NCBI GenBank assembly: GCA_002422085.1
Contig: DISZ01000006.1
Location: forward strand, 28,212-92,211
Length of the DNA: 64,000 nucleotides
Reading direction: 5' to 3'
Source of the DNA: Rhodobacteraceae bacterium UBA6197
GTDB taxonomy: Bacteria > Pseudomonadota > Alphaproteobacteria > Rhodobacterales > Rhodobacteraceae
Part shown: positions 9,333 through 17,786 of the stretch, in pieces
Layout: every line of letters begins with the position of its first letter
Numbering within the stretch: position 1 is the stretch's first letter
The notes under the pieces: model-generated
What the model saw: the letters and a program-made list of their open reading frames with translations, nothing else
The model's database searches: none
What the model was told of the DNA's origin: nothing
Made by a program: the position numbers and the translations under genes

Positions 9333-9662
9333 ATGGCACGCTACATTGTCACCGGCAGCTATACCGCTGCCGCAATGAAAGGCATGATCGCGCATCCCAG
9401 CGACCGCGCCGCCGCGACCGCCGCCTTGATTGCCGCGGCAGGGGGGAAGATGGAAAGCTATCATCTGACCACCGGCGACAACGACTTCACCATGACGGTT
9501 CAGACCGACAACCTTACCAACATGCTCGCCGCCATGATGGTTGCCGGGGCTTCGGGGGCGGTGACCGGCCTCAAGACCGTGCAGGCCTTCACCACCGAGG
9601 AGTTTCTGGCCGCGCAAAAGGCCGCCTCTGCGGTTGCCGGCAAATATCAGGCCCCGGTCTGA
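9333..9662 (+). CDS. GYD domain-containing protein
   Basis: 109-aa ORF beginning MARYIVTGSYTAAAMKGMI with a ..TTGDNDFTMTV core, matching GYD-family architecture. A GGGAGGA Shine-Dalgarno sequence precedes it. Confidence 0.7.
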   Translation: MARYIVTGSYTAAAMKGMIAHPSDRAAATAALIAAAGGKMESYHLTTGDNDFTMTVQTDNLTNMLAAMMVAGASGAVTGLKTVQAFTTEEFLAAQKAASAVAGKYQAPV

Positions 9663-9815
9663 GCGCAGGCCTTTGGGGCCGAGCGCAGGGCCCGGGCTGA
9701 GCGCAGGCCCCAGCCGCGGCGCTAGCGCCGGCCGAGGCGCAGGCCCTCAGGGCTGAGCGCAGGGCCGGATCGAGGCGCAGCCCCGCAGGGCTAGCGCAGG
9801 GCCGGATCGAGGCTA
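9658..9815. repeat. degenerate short tandem repeats (GAGCGCAGGSCC-type units, about 17-22 bp period)
   Basis: At least 7 units of gagcgcagg, gaggcgcag or tagcgcagg start at the GYD stop codon. The longer unit gcgcagggccggatcgaggc occurs twice. Confidence 0.8.
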
Positions 9816-9816
9816 T

Positions 9817-9843
9817 GGCGGGGGGCGTTTTGCGCCCCCCGCC
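9817..9843. other. 11-bp G/C stem-loop
   Basis: ggcggggggcg-ttttg-cgccccccgcc. There is no flanking U tract on either strand. Confidence 0.8.
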
Positions 9844-10155
9844 ACCTGCCTGCCGTCTGCCCGACCCCGTGCCTCGCGCCTCCCAACCACCTGCTTGGCG
9901 TTTGCCAACCAGACACCTCTCCCCCGCCGATCTCGCGCCGCCCGCCTTCCTCACGCTTCTACCTGCCTCCGCCCGCCGACCGCGCGACTGCCGCTTGCCT
10001 GCCGATCCGCCTCCCTGCCAACAGCCAGCCGCCTACCGGCTGCCAAGCGCCTGCCAACCTCGCGCCGCCCGCCTTCCCCACGCCTACCTCACGCCCGTCT
10101 CCCGATCACCCGCCAGCCGCCTACCGGCCGCCAAGCGCCCGCCGACCTCTCGCCG
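9844..10155. repeat. C-skewed non-coding tract with about 90-126-bp degenerate duplications
   Basis: The plus strand is visibly C>>G. cagccgcctaccggcYgccaagcgccYgccRacctc occurs twice (about 10024 and about 10112). ctcgcgccgcccgccttccYcacgc occurs twice (about 9932 and about 10058). Confidence 0.75.
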
Positions 10156-10251
10156 ACGCCATGAGGCGATTTCCATAGGGAAATATGATGCCAATATGAG
10201 AGAAATAATAAACGCGTTTCCAAAGGCTTGGCATGGAGAGACCCGATCGGG

Positions 10252-10267
10252 TTAAGGTTTTCTTAAC
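10252..10267. promoter_or_regulatory. candidate CtrA box TTAA-N7-TTAAC
   Basis: ttaaggttttcttaac lies 23 nt upstream of ATG 10290, inside the only AT-rich stretch of the intergenic region. It is also part of the inverted repeat ggttaag/cttaacc. Confidence 0.3.
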
Positions 10268-10289
10268 CAGGACGTGAAAGACTTTCGAC

Positions 10290-10637
10290 ATGTGCATCCT
10301 GTCCGTCTTGCCCCGCGCCTTGCCCCGCGTCTTGCCCGTCCTCCTGCCCGCCTGCCTGGCGGCTTGCGGTGCCCAGCCGGCGCCGCAGTTCTTTGGCGCC
10401 GCGCGCCACGACATTACCCTGCAAGGCTATCAGTTCGTTGTTTTTCAAAAGGAAAACCGGGCCGAGGTGATCCGCCTTGGCTATCTGAGCCGCGCGCAGC
10501 GTGGTCCGGTTCAGGCGTTGATGGTGCAAGCGGCCGAGCAAACCACCGGCTGCGCGGTCACCGGCCTGGCTCCCGGCCCCGCCCTGCCCGGCGACACCGG
10601 CGAGGCCCGCTTTCGGCTTGAATGTCCAAGCTTATGA
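10290..10637 (+). CDS. hypothetical lipoprotein
   Basis: MCILSVLPRALPRVLPVLLPACLAACG carries a lipobox, and the 115-aa ORF has coding-like codon usage. Confidence 0.65.
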   Translation: MCILSVLPRALPRVLPVLLPACLAACGAQPAPQFFGAARHDITLQGYQFVVFQKENRAEVIRLGYLSRAQRGPVQALMVQAAEQTTGCAVTGLAPGPALPGDTGEARFRLECPSL

Positions 10638-10653
10638 TATATTTGGATAAAAT

Positions 10654-11658
10654 CTAGTCCCGGCCAAACAGGCCCTTCAGCGCGCGGCTGACAAGATTGG
10701 TCACTCTGGGGCGCTCGAGGCGCGCGAAGGGCATCGGTCGGCACACTTCCATCGCCGCAACGCCGACCCGTGCCGTCAGCGCCCCATTGACCACGCCTTC
10801 ACCAAAACGCCTTGAAATCTTTGACAAAACGCCGCCGCCGGCGATCGTCTCGATCAGGTCGTCGCCGGCCGCCACAGCGCCCGTGGCCACCAGATGCGTC
10901 ATCACCGTGCGTGCCAGACGCCAGCTTCCGAACGCGCCGCCCCGGCCGCCGTAAATCTCGGCCACGCGCCGGATCATCCGCAAATTCGCCGCCAAAGCCG
11001 CAAACACATCGGCCAACGCCAATGGCACCAAGGCGGTGACCGTCGCCACGCTGCGCGCCGCCGCCTCGACCTCGATCCGCGCCGCCGCGTCGAGCGGCGC
11101 CATCAGCTCGGCCTCGGCCAGCGCGAACAGCGCCTCGGCGTCAAACATGTCGGCCTTGCGCTCGTTCAGCCGGGCGCGCGCCCAGTCCAGTTCGGGCCGG
11201 CCCGCGTAAAGCGCCTCAAGCTGGCCCACGACACGGCGCGCCTGTCTCAGATCGTCGGCGCCCAGCGCCTCGGTCACCGCCTTGTGGACCCGGTCCAGCC
11301 GCCGCAACCGTGCCCATGCCGCCAGTTCGCGCAGCGCCATCAGCGCCGCCGCCAGCACGAAAGCGCCGAACAGCACCGCGCCGACCACGCCCAGAACCGG
11401 GTGCGCCGCAATCAGATCGTTGACAAAGTTCCATGCCGCGACCGACGCCAGAAACCCGGTCAGCGACAGTGCTGCCTGCCAGAAGAACCGGGTCAACCGT
11501 GACGCCGGCCGCGCCGCGAGACGGGTGGCAATCTGCATGGCGCGGCCTTCGGGAAGCGCCGGCGGCGGGTCGAGATCGGGCACCGGGGGGGCTTCGGCCG
11601 GGGTTGGCGCGGGGCTGTCCAGTTCGATCAGGACGGGTTTTTTGGGGGTCATGCTCAT
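10654..11658 (-). CDS. ycjF: YcjF family (UPF0283) inner-membrane protein
   Basis: MSMTPKKPVLIEL.. followed by two adjacent TM helices and a conserved C-terminal GGVLSKISRRFGEGVVNGALTARVG. ATG 11658 lies 4 nt after the ycjX stop; the track start at 11679 overlaps ycjX. Confidence 0.85.
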   Translation of the reverse strand: MSMTPKKPVLIELDSPAPTPAEAPPVPDLDPPPALPEGRAMQIATRLAARPASRLTRFFWQAALSLTGFLASVAAWNFVNDLIAAHPVLGVVGAVLFGAFVLAAALMALRELAAWARLRRLDRVHKAVTEALGADDLRQARRVVGQLEALYAGRPELDWARARLNERKADMFDAEALFALAEAELMAPLDAAARIEVEAAARSVATVTALVPLALADVFAALAANLRMIRRVAEIYGGRGGAFGSWRLARTVMTHLVATGAVAAGDDLIETIAGGGVLSKISRRFGEGVVNGALTARVGVAAMEVCRPMPFARLERPRVTNLVSRALKGLFGRD

Positions 11659-11662
11659 CGCC

Positions 11663-13093
11663 TTACAGCCTGTCGCCAATCAGAAATTCCGCTGCCCGGT
11701 CCAGCCGGATATGCGCAGGCCCCTCGCCGGGGCGAAGCTTTGTCGGGGCCGGGGCAAAGGACATGATTGCGTAATCCGCGTCCAGCCAGCGCGCCGCCCC
11801 GTCGCGCGCCGGTGACAAGAGCTGCGCCGGATCGGCGGGCAGTTCACCGGGGTAAAAGGCCGCGCGGCGGCCATCGGTCAGCGTGCCGCGCACCGCATCA
11901 AGCGGGGTGCCGTCGTGGGTTATGGTTTCTTCGGTGGTGGCGCGCAGTGCCGCCAGAGACAGCGCGGCGGTTTTCGCGCCGGCGAAATTGGCGCGGTCGC
12001 TGGCCTCGCGCAGCATGGCCTGGGTGATCGCGGTCAGCCGGGCGTGCTGGGTGTGATGCAGATGGTCGGCCTTGGTCGCCGCAAACAGGATCTTTTCCAC
12101 CCGGCGCGCGCCCAGCAGGCCGGTCAGCCAGCCATTGAGACCGGGGCGAAAGGCGGTCAGGATTTCCGCCATGGCGCGGCGCAGATCCTCTAGCGCGGCG
12201 GGGCCGGCGTGAATCGCGCCAAGCACATCCATCAGCACCACCTGCCGGTCGATCCGGGCGAAGTGGTCACGAAAGAACGGCCGCACCACCTTGGATTTAT
12301 AGGCGTCATAGCGGCGCTCCATTTCGCGCCAGAGGCATCCGCGCGGGGTTTGCGCCGGCAGCGGCAGCGGCGCGAAGGTCAGCACCGGCGAGCCGGCCAA
12401 TTCACCCGGCAACAAGAAACGGCCCGGCGAGCAATCCGACCAGCCGACCTCGCGGGCGGCCTGAAGATGGTCGGTGAACCGCGCGGCAAGGGCCTGGGCG
12501 CCCGGTTCGTCAAATGCCTGGGCGGGGTCGGGAAGCGCCGCGAGGTAGGCCTCGGCGCCGGGGCGACCCGGCAACCGGTCAAGGACGCCCGCCGACCAGT
12601 CAGCGTAGCTCTTGTCGATCAGCGCAAGATCGAGAAGCCATTCGCCGGGGTAATCGACGATATCGAGATGCACGGTGCGCGGGCCGCGCAGCGCCCCCAG
12701 CATGCCGCCGGACTGAACCCGGAACGACAGCCGCAATTCCGAGACCGCGCGGGTGCCTTCGGGCCAGTGCGGCGCAGGCCCGGTCAGGGCGGCGAGGTGG
12801 GATTCGTAGTCAAAGCGCGGCACGGTATCATCGGGTTGGGGTTGCAGATAGGCGGCCTGAACGCGCCCGTCGGCGGCGGCGCGCAGGCCGGGCATCCGGC
12901 CTCGGTCCATCAGGTTGGCGACGAGCGAGGTAATGAACACCGTCTTGCCGGCGCGCGACAGGCCGGTGACACCCAGCCGGACCACCGGCTCGAACAGCGC
13001 CTCGGAGACCGAAGCGCCGAGGCTTTCGACCCCGCGCGTCAGCCCGTCTGCTATATCCCCGATACTCAAGGTCTTTCCCTTCGTGTTTGGCAC
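11663..13093 (-). CDS. ycjX: YcjX-like P-loop NTPase
   Basis: [23 protein letters not shown] is a Walker A motif in the YcjX position. The protein is 476 aa and is followed directly by ycjF, as in E. coli. Confidence 0.85.
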   Translation of the reverse strand: MPNTKGKTLSIGDIADGLTRGVESLGASVSEALFEPVVRLGVTGLSRAGKTVFITSLVANLMDRGRMPGLRAAADGRVQAAYLQPQPDDTVPRFDYESHLAALTGPAPHWPEGTRAVSELRLSFRVQSGGMLGALRGPRTVHLDIVDYPGEWLLDLALIDKSYADWSAGVLDRLPGRPGAEAYLAALPDPAQAFDEPGAQALAARFTDHLQAAREVGWSDCSPGRFLLPGELAGSPVLTFAPLPLPAQTPRGCLWREMERRYDAYKSKVVRPFFRDHFARIDRQVVLMDVLGAIHAGPAALEDLRRAMAEILTAFRPGLNGWLTGLLGARRVEKILFAATKADHLHHTQHARLTAITQAMLREASDRANFAGAKTAALSLAALRATTEETITHDGTPLDAVRGTLTDGRRAAFYPGELPADPAQLLSPARDGAARWLDADYAIMSFAPAPTKLRPGEGPAHIRLDRAAEFLIGDRL

Positions 13094-13120
13094 AAGATAA
13101 GAGGCCGCAGCGGCGGTTGG

Positions 13121-13200
13121 TAGGGGGAAAGGGGGCTGTCTGCCCCCCTCGGCGCCTGGCGGCGCCTTCCCCCCGAGAGTATTTCGGCCAAAAAGAAGCC
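13121..13200. repeat. GC-rich intergenic repeat distantly related to the hairpin family
   Basis: The terminal gagagtatttcggccaaaaagaagcc aligns with the right arms ggggatatttaggcgaagatgaaacc. It is preceded by the nested G/C stems gggggc-tgtct-gccccc and ggcgcc-tggc-ggcgcc. Confidence 0.6.
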
Positions 13201-13257
13201 GGGCGGCAAAGGCTGCGGGGGGATTGTCAGCCGAAAGGGCGCGCGCTAAGGCGAGGC

Positions 13258-14055
13258 ATGGCCAGATATGCGTTGAAAATCGAGTATGATGGCGGGCCGT
13301 TCGCGGGCTGGCAGCGTCAGGTGGGGTTGGCGTCGGTGCAGGGCACGGTCGAGGCGGCTTTGGCGCGACTGGAGCCGGGCGCGCACAAGCTTGCCGCGGC
13401 CGGGCGCACCGATGCGGGGGTGCATGCGACCGCGCAGGTGGCGACGATCGATCTGGCGAAGGAGTGGGACGCGTTTCGCCTGTCGGAGGCGCTGAACTGG
13501 CATCTGAAGCCCGCGCCGGTGGCTATTCTGGCCGCCGCGCGCGTGGAAAGCGATTTTCACGCGCGGTTTTCGGCGATCGAGCGGCGCTATCTTTTCCGGC
13601 TTTTGGCGCGGCGCGCACCGGCGGTGCATGATCGTGGGCAGGTCTGGCAGGTGCAAAAGCCGCTGGATGCCGAGGCGATGCGGGCGGCGGCGGCGCATCT
13701 GCTGGGGCATCACGATTTCACCACCTTCCGATCCAGCATGTGTCAGGCGACCACCCCGATGAAGACGCTGGATGCGCTGGACATCGAAGTGATCGAGGTG
13801 CCGCACGGGCAGGAATATCGGTTTCGTCTGCGGGCGCGTAGTTTCTTGCACAATCAGGTGCGCTCGATCGTCGGCACGCTGGAAAGGGTCGGGGCCGGGG
13901 CCTGGAAGCCCGAGGATGTCAAGGCGGCGCTGGAGGCGCGCGACCGCGCGGCCTGTGGGCCGGTGTGTCCGCCGCAGGGGTTGTATCTGTGTGGCGTGGG
14001 ATATCCGCAGGATCCGTTTTCCGGGCCGTCCGCCATCCGAGCGTGCCGTGCCTGA
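13258..14055 (+). CDS. truA: tRNA pseudouridine(38-40) synthase
   Basis: [32 protein letters not shown] contains the catalytic Asp motif. The start is at ATG 13258 within track ORF 13087..14055. Confidence 0.95.
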   Translation: MARYALKIEYDGGPFAGWQRQVGLASVQGTVEAALARLEPGAHKLAAAGRTDAGVHATAQVATIDLAKEWDAFRLSEALNWHLKPAPVAILAAARVESDFHARFSAIERRYLFRLLARRAPAVHDRGQVWQVQKPLDAEAMRAAAAHLLGHHDFTTFRSSMCQATTPMKTLDALDIEVIEVPHGQEYRFRLRARSFLHNQVRSIVGTLERVGAGAWKPEDVKAALEARDRAACGPVCPPQGLYLCGVGYPQDPFSGPSAIRACRA

Positions 14056-14072
14056 CCGGCGCCTGTCTGGCG

Positions 14073-15995
14073 CTACTGGGCGGGCGAGTCCTTTGCCGCG
14101 CTGGCGGTGACGACCTGCATCGGCAGGGCCGAGGCGGGCAGGCTTTGCGGGCGATATTCGGGCACCGCCCGCGCCAGAGCGCCCAGCACCCCGGCATCCG
14201 AGCCGGCATCAATCGCCTCGCGCAGGTCGCGCAGGGCGGCGGCCATTTCCAGTTCTGAAAGCGTGTCTTCGCGCACGCTGATGATCTTGGGATGTGCAGT
14301 GGTCATGGCGCCTTTGCGCATCATCAGTTCTTCGTGCATCTTTTCGCCGGGGCGCAGGCCGGTGGTGACGATCTCGATATCGCCGTCGGGGTTGGCCGCG
14401 TCGCGGACCCGATATCCAGCCCCCTCGATCATCTTGCGCGCCAGATCGCGGATGAAGACCGGCGAGCCCATATCAAGCACAAAGACCTCGCCGCCCTCGG
14501 CGAAAGAGCCCGCCAGAAGCACCAGACGGGCGGCCTCCTGAATGGTCATGAAGTAGCGCGTCACCCCTTCGTCGGTCAGCGTGACCGGGCCACCGCAGGC
14601 GATCTGTTCCTGAAACAGCGGAATGACCGAGCCGGAAGACCCCAGCACATTGCCAAACCGCACGATCGAGAAGATGGTTCTGCCGGGGCGTGCCGCCAGA
14701 TCCTGCACCACAAGTTCGGCAAAGCGTTTCGAGGCCCCCATCACGTTGGCCGGGCGCACCGCCTTGTCCGACGACACCAGCACAAAGCGCCGCACCCCCG
14801 CCTCGCGCGATTTTTGCGCCAGCACGGTCGTGCCCAACGCGTTGTTGGCCATGCCCACGCGCAGATTGGCCTCGACCAGCGGCACATGCTTGTAGGCCGC
14901 CGCGTGCAGCACCGCGTTGATCCGGTAGTCGGCCAGGACATGGGTGACCAGCACCGGATCGGCCACCGAGCCCAGCACGGGAACGATCTCGACCCCGGAA
15001 TCGGCGGCCAGCATATGCAGTTCTGAATCGGCATTGTAGAGCGCAAGCTCGCTCATCTCGAACAGCACGATCCGCGCCGGGCGGCAGCGCAGGATCTGGC
15101 GGCACAGCTCCGTCCCGATCGAGCCCCCGGCGCCCGAGATCAGCACATTCAGGCCGGCATAGGCGTTACAACCCGAGTCCATCTCATTGTGCAAAGTATC
15201 GCGGGACAGCAGCGCGGCCGGGCCCGCGGGCAACAGCTTTTCGAGCAGTTCGTCGCCGCCGATCAGTTGCGCGAAAGCGGGAATCGCCTGCACCTCGACG
15301 CCCAGCTTTTCAAACCGCTGCGACAGGTGGGTCTGTTTGTGAACCGACAGCGAGGGGATCGCGAGGATCACCCGGTCGATCTTGAACTGCGCGACGACCC
15401 GCGCGACATGCACCCCCGAATGCACCGGAAGGCCGCAGACATTCAGCCCCCGCAGCGAGGCATTGTCGTCCAGGAATGCGTAGGGCACGATATCGACGCG
15501 GTTGCGCAGCGCGGTGGCAAGCGTCATCCCGGTGCGCCCGGTGCCATAGATTGCCACCCGCGTCACCGAGCGCGACCGGTGGTAAATCTCGAGGATCAGG
15601 CGCTGCATGAACAGCCGTGTGCTGGCGTAAAGCGTGAAAAACACCAGCGCAAAGATGAAATGGAACCCGCCCGGCAGTGATTTTTCGCCCAGCGCGGCCA
15701 GCGCCGCAGAGGTCACGCCAAGCAGGGCCGCCAGAACGCCGGTGCCAAGCACGGCCTTCAGGTCGTAATCCTTGAGCCGCATCCAGCGCAGGCCCAGCGT
15801 CATTGTCAGCGCGGCCATCGCAATCATCAACAGCGGCACCAGCGGCCAATACACCGTCAAGCGCCACAGCGGCGAAAGAGTCGAAAACTGAACCGACAGC
15901 GCCAACACGAACGCGACCGGAACGGTCACCAGATCAACCGTAAGAAGAATAAGGTTCTTCTTTGTCCGGTTGAGCGTGATTACCCTTTTCATCAT
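14073..15995 (-). CDS. membrane-anchored NDP-sugar dehydratase/epimerase (CapD/WbpM/PglF family)
   Basis: Four N-terminal TM helices, Rossmann motifs IYGTGRTG and LISGAGGSIGTEL, and GASKRFAELV. Confidence 0.9.
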   Translation of the reverse strand: MMKRVITLNRTKKNLILLTVDLVTVPVAFVLALSVQFSTLSPLWRLTVYWPLVPLLMIAMAALTMTLGLRWMRLKDYDLKAVLGTGVLAALLGVTSAALAALGEKSLPGGFHFIFALVFFTLYASTRLFMQRLILEIYHRSRSVTRVAIYGTGRTGMTLATALRNRVDIVPYAFLDDNASLRGLNVCGLPVHSGVHVARVVAQFKIDRVILAIPSLSVHKQTHLSQRFEKLGVEVQAIPAFAQLIGGDELLEKLLPAGPAALLSRDTLHNEMDSGCNAYAGLNVLISGAGGSIGTELCRQILRCRPARIVLFEMSELALYNADSELHMLAADSGVEIVPVLGSVADPVLVTHVLADYRINAVLHAAAYKHVPLVEANLRVGMANNALGTTVLAQKSREAGVRRFVLVSSDKAVRPANVMGASKRFAELVVQDLAARPGRTIFSIVRFGNVLGSSGSVIPLFQEQIACGGPVTLTDEGVTRYFMTIQEAARLVLLAGSFAEGGEVFVLDMGSPVFIRDLARKMIEGAGYRVRDAANPDGDIEIVTTGLRPGEKMHEELMMRKGAMTTAHPKIISVREDTLSELEMAAALRDLREAIDAGSDAGVLGALARAVPEYRPQSLPASALPMQVVTASAAKDSPAQ

Positions 15996-16170
15996 GTCTG
16001 ACTAGGTGTCCATACAAATACCGAAGGCCAATCCGGCCAGAGGTCAACCATTAAATCTCGATCCGAATTGTTCTTCTGGGTACTACTCTTGGACGATATG
16101 TTCAAGCTTGGCCAATCCGCCCGCGCACAACCTGAGCGAAACCTTGCGCGTCCGCCAAAGCCGCGGCAGG

Positions 16171-16779
16171 TCAGCGCCGCAGGATCCGCGCCACCGTGCG
16201 TCCGATCAGCACGATATCGAAACAGACCGACTGGTGGCGCTGATAGATCAGATCGAGCCGCGCCTTGGCAGGGATGCAGCGGCGGGCATAGGCCGCGTCG
16301 GTTTCTTCGGCCGAGGTGCAGAGCGCCAGAATGCGTTCCTCGTGTTGGTGATAAAGCAGGCTTGCAAGGCCGGTAACGCCGGGACGGCTGTGCAGCACAG
16401 GGCCGTAAACCTGCGGAAAGCGTTCGACATACTGGCGCAGCGGCGGGCGCGGACCGACAAAGCTCATGTCACCCCTGAGGATGTTCCAAAGCTGTGGCAA
16501 CTCATCCGTGCGGGTCTTGCGCAACATGCGTCCGGCGCGGGTGATCCGGTCCGATTTGTCACCGCCCGACACCCCGGCATCGCGCGCGACAGCACGCATG
16601 GTGCGAAACTTCCACAACCGGAACGGCACACCCGGCGCCTTCATCCGTTCCGAGACATAAAACACCGGGCGCCCTTGGGTCAGCCACAGCACCAGCGCGA
16701 TCAGCCCGATCAACGGCCCCAGAATCGGCAGCAGCAACACCGCAAAACCAATGTCGAAGGCGCGTTTGGAAAGGCTCAT
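16171..16779 (-). CDS. undecaprenyl-phosphate sugar phosphotransferase (bacterial sugar transferase family)
   Basis: KRAFDIGFAVLLLPILGPL.., RMLRKTRTDELPQLWNILRGDMSFVGPRPP and PGVTGL. Confidence 0.9.
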   Translation of the reverse strand: MSLSKRAFDIGFAVLLLPILGPLIGLIALVLWLTQGRPVFYVSERMKAPGVPFRLWKFRTMRAVARDAGVSGGDKSDRITRAGRMLRKTRTDELPQLWNILRGDMSFVGPRPPLRQYVERFPQVYGPVLHSRPGVTGLASLLYHQHEERILALCTSAEETDAAYARRCIPAKARLDLIYQRHQSVCFDIVLIGRTVARILRR

Positions 16780-17705
16780 GACGTGCCCTCACGCAAGGCC
16801 GCGTCAAGGTCGGCGACGATCGCGGCGGCGTTGGCCGGCTCGGCGGGCACCAGCCCCAGCGCGACGGCGCAGCACACCTCAAGGCAGACCTCGGCGATGG
16901 CGCTGGCGGGCGCCGGGCGCCGGGTCCAGCCCTCGCCGCGCGCGCGCAGCAGATCGTCCATGCCAACGGCACCGGGCAGCGCGAGGTTCAGCCGGTCCGG
17001 CAGGGCCTCGCCCTCGGCGGCGCGGCGCGCAAGGGTCAGCACGGCGCGGGCCAAGGCCGTCGGTCCGATATAGCTGCGCCGCGGCGCACGCCCGTCGGCG
17101 AAGGTATCCAGCACCCGCCCGCCTTGCGGAGCGGGCTGACCCAACAAGGCATCCGCTCCCGCGACATTGCCGATGCGCAGACAGCAGAGCGGGGTGCCAT
17201 GGGCCTGCGCGCGGGCCAGAGACGCGGCCTCCATCGCCAGCTTGGCGTGACCATAGGGCGCCGTCGGCACGGCCAGCGCCGCTTCGTCCAGCCGACCTGT
17301 TGCCGCGCCGTAAACCGCCGCCGACGAGGCCAGCAACACCGGCAGCCGCCCCGAAGCCGCCCCCGTCGCTTCTGCCGTCGATTCTACCGCCGCCAGCGCC
17401 GCCAATGCCAGATCGGCGTTCAGTGCCAGATCGGCCTCGCTGCCCGCCGTCACCCCCGCGAGATTGAAAATCACATCCACAGCCCCTGCGGCACGCGCAT
17501 ATGCTGACGCCGCGCCCAGCGGATCAAAGACCAGATCCGCCCCGGCACCCGCCATCCGCCCCTGCCAGATCAGATCGACACCCGAGCGCGCGGCCAGATC
17601 ACCCGCCCCGATCGCGCGGCGCAGCAGCCGCCCCAACCGCCCGCTTCCGCCGACGATCAGAACTCGCGGAATCTTCGACTTGAGAATTGCTGGATTACTA
17701 ATCAT
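16776..17705 (-). CDS. NAD-dependent epimerase/dehydratase family protein
   Basis: Only the last 309 codons of track ORF 16776..18443 look real. That part reads MISNPAILKSKIPRVLIVGGSGRLG (Rossmann fold) with PYGHAK (YxxxK). It has an ATGA overlap with the transferase gene. Confidence 0.8.
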   Translation of the reverse strand: MISNPAILKSKIPRVLIVGGSGRLGRLLRRAIGAGDLAARSGVDLIWQGRMAGAGADLVFDPLGAASAYARAAGAVDVIFNLAGVTAGSEADLALNADLALAALAAVESTAEATGAASGRLPVLLASSAAVYGAATGRLDEAALAVPTAPYGHAKLAMEAASLARAQAHGTPLCCLRIGNVAGADALLGQPAPQGGRVLDTFADGRAPRRSYIGPTALARAVLTLARRAAEGEALPDRLNLALPGAVGMDDLLRARGEGWTRRPAPASAIAEVCLEVCCAVALGLVPAEPANAAAIVADLDAALREGTS

Positions 17706-17786
17706 ACCCGACTGGTCGATGCTGAAGGTGACTCGCGCTGCCCGCCTGAGGCTTAGCATCGCCAGCCCTAGGGCGAAACGGGGGAT

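Noticed and set aside
8489-9700. 403-aa plus-strand ORF spanning the YecR-like upstream region to the GYD gene
   Set aside because: The translation is Arg/Pro/Ser-rich. The ORF crosses the entericidin gene on the other strand and the GYD gene in another frame, and its codon usage is poor.
9815-10255. 146-aa proline-rich ORF (and 9895..10164) in the C-skewed tract
   Set aside because: It uses CCT, CCA, CTT and AGA codons that are rare in the confident genes, has no Shine-Dalgarno sequence, and its repeats are not in phase with codons. I treat it as non-coding, with a decayed gene noted as an alternative in the findings.
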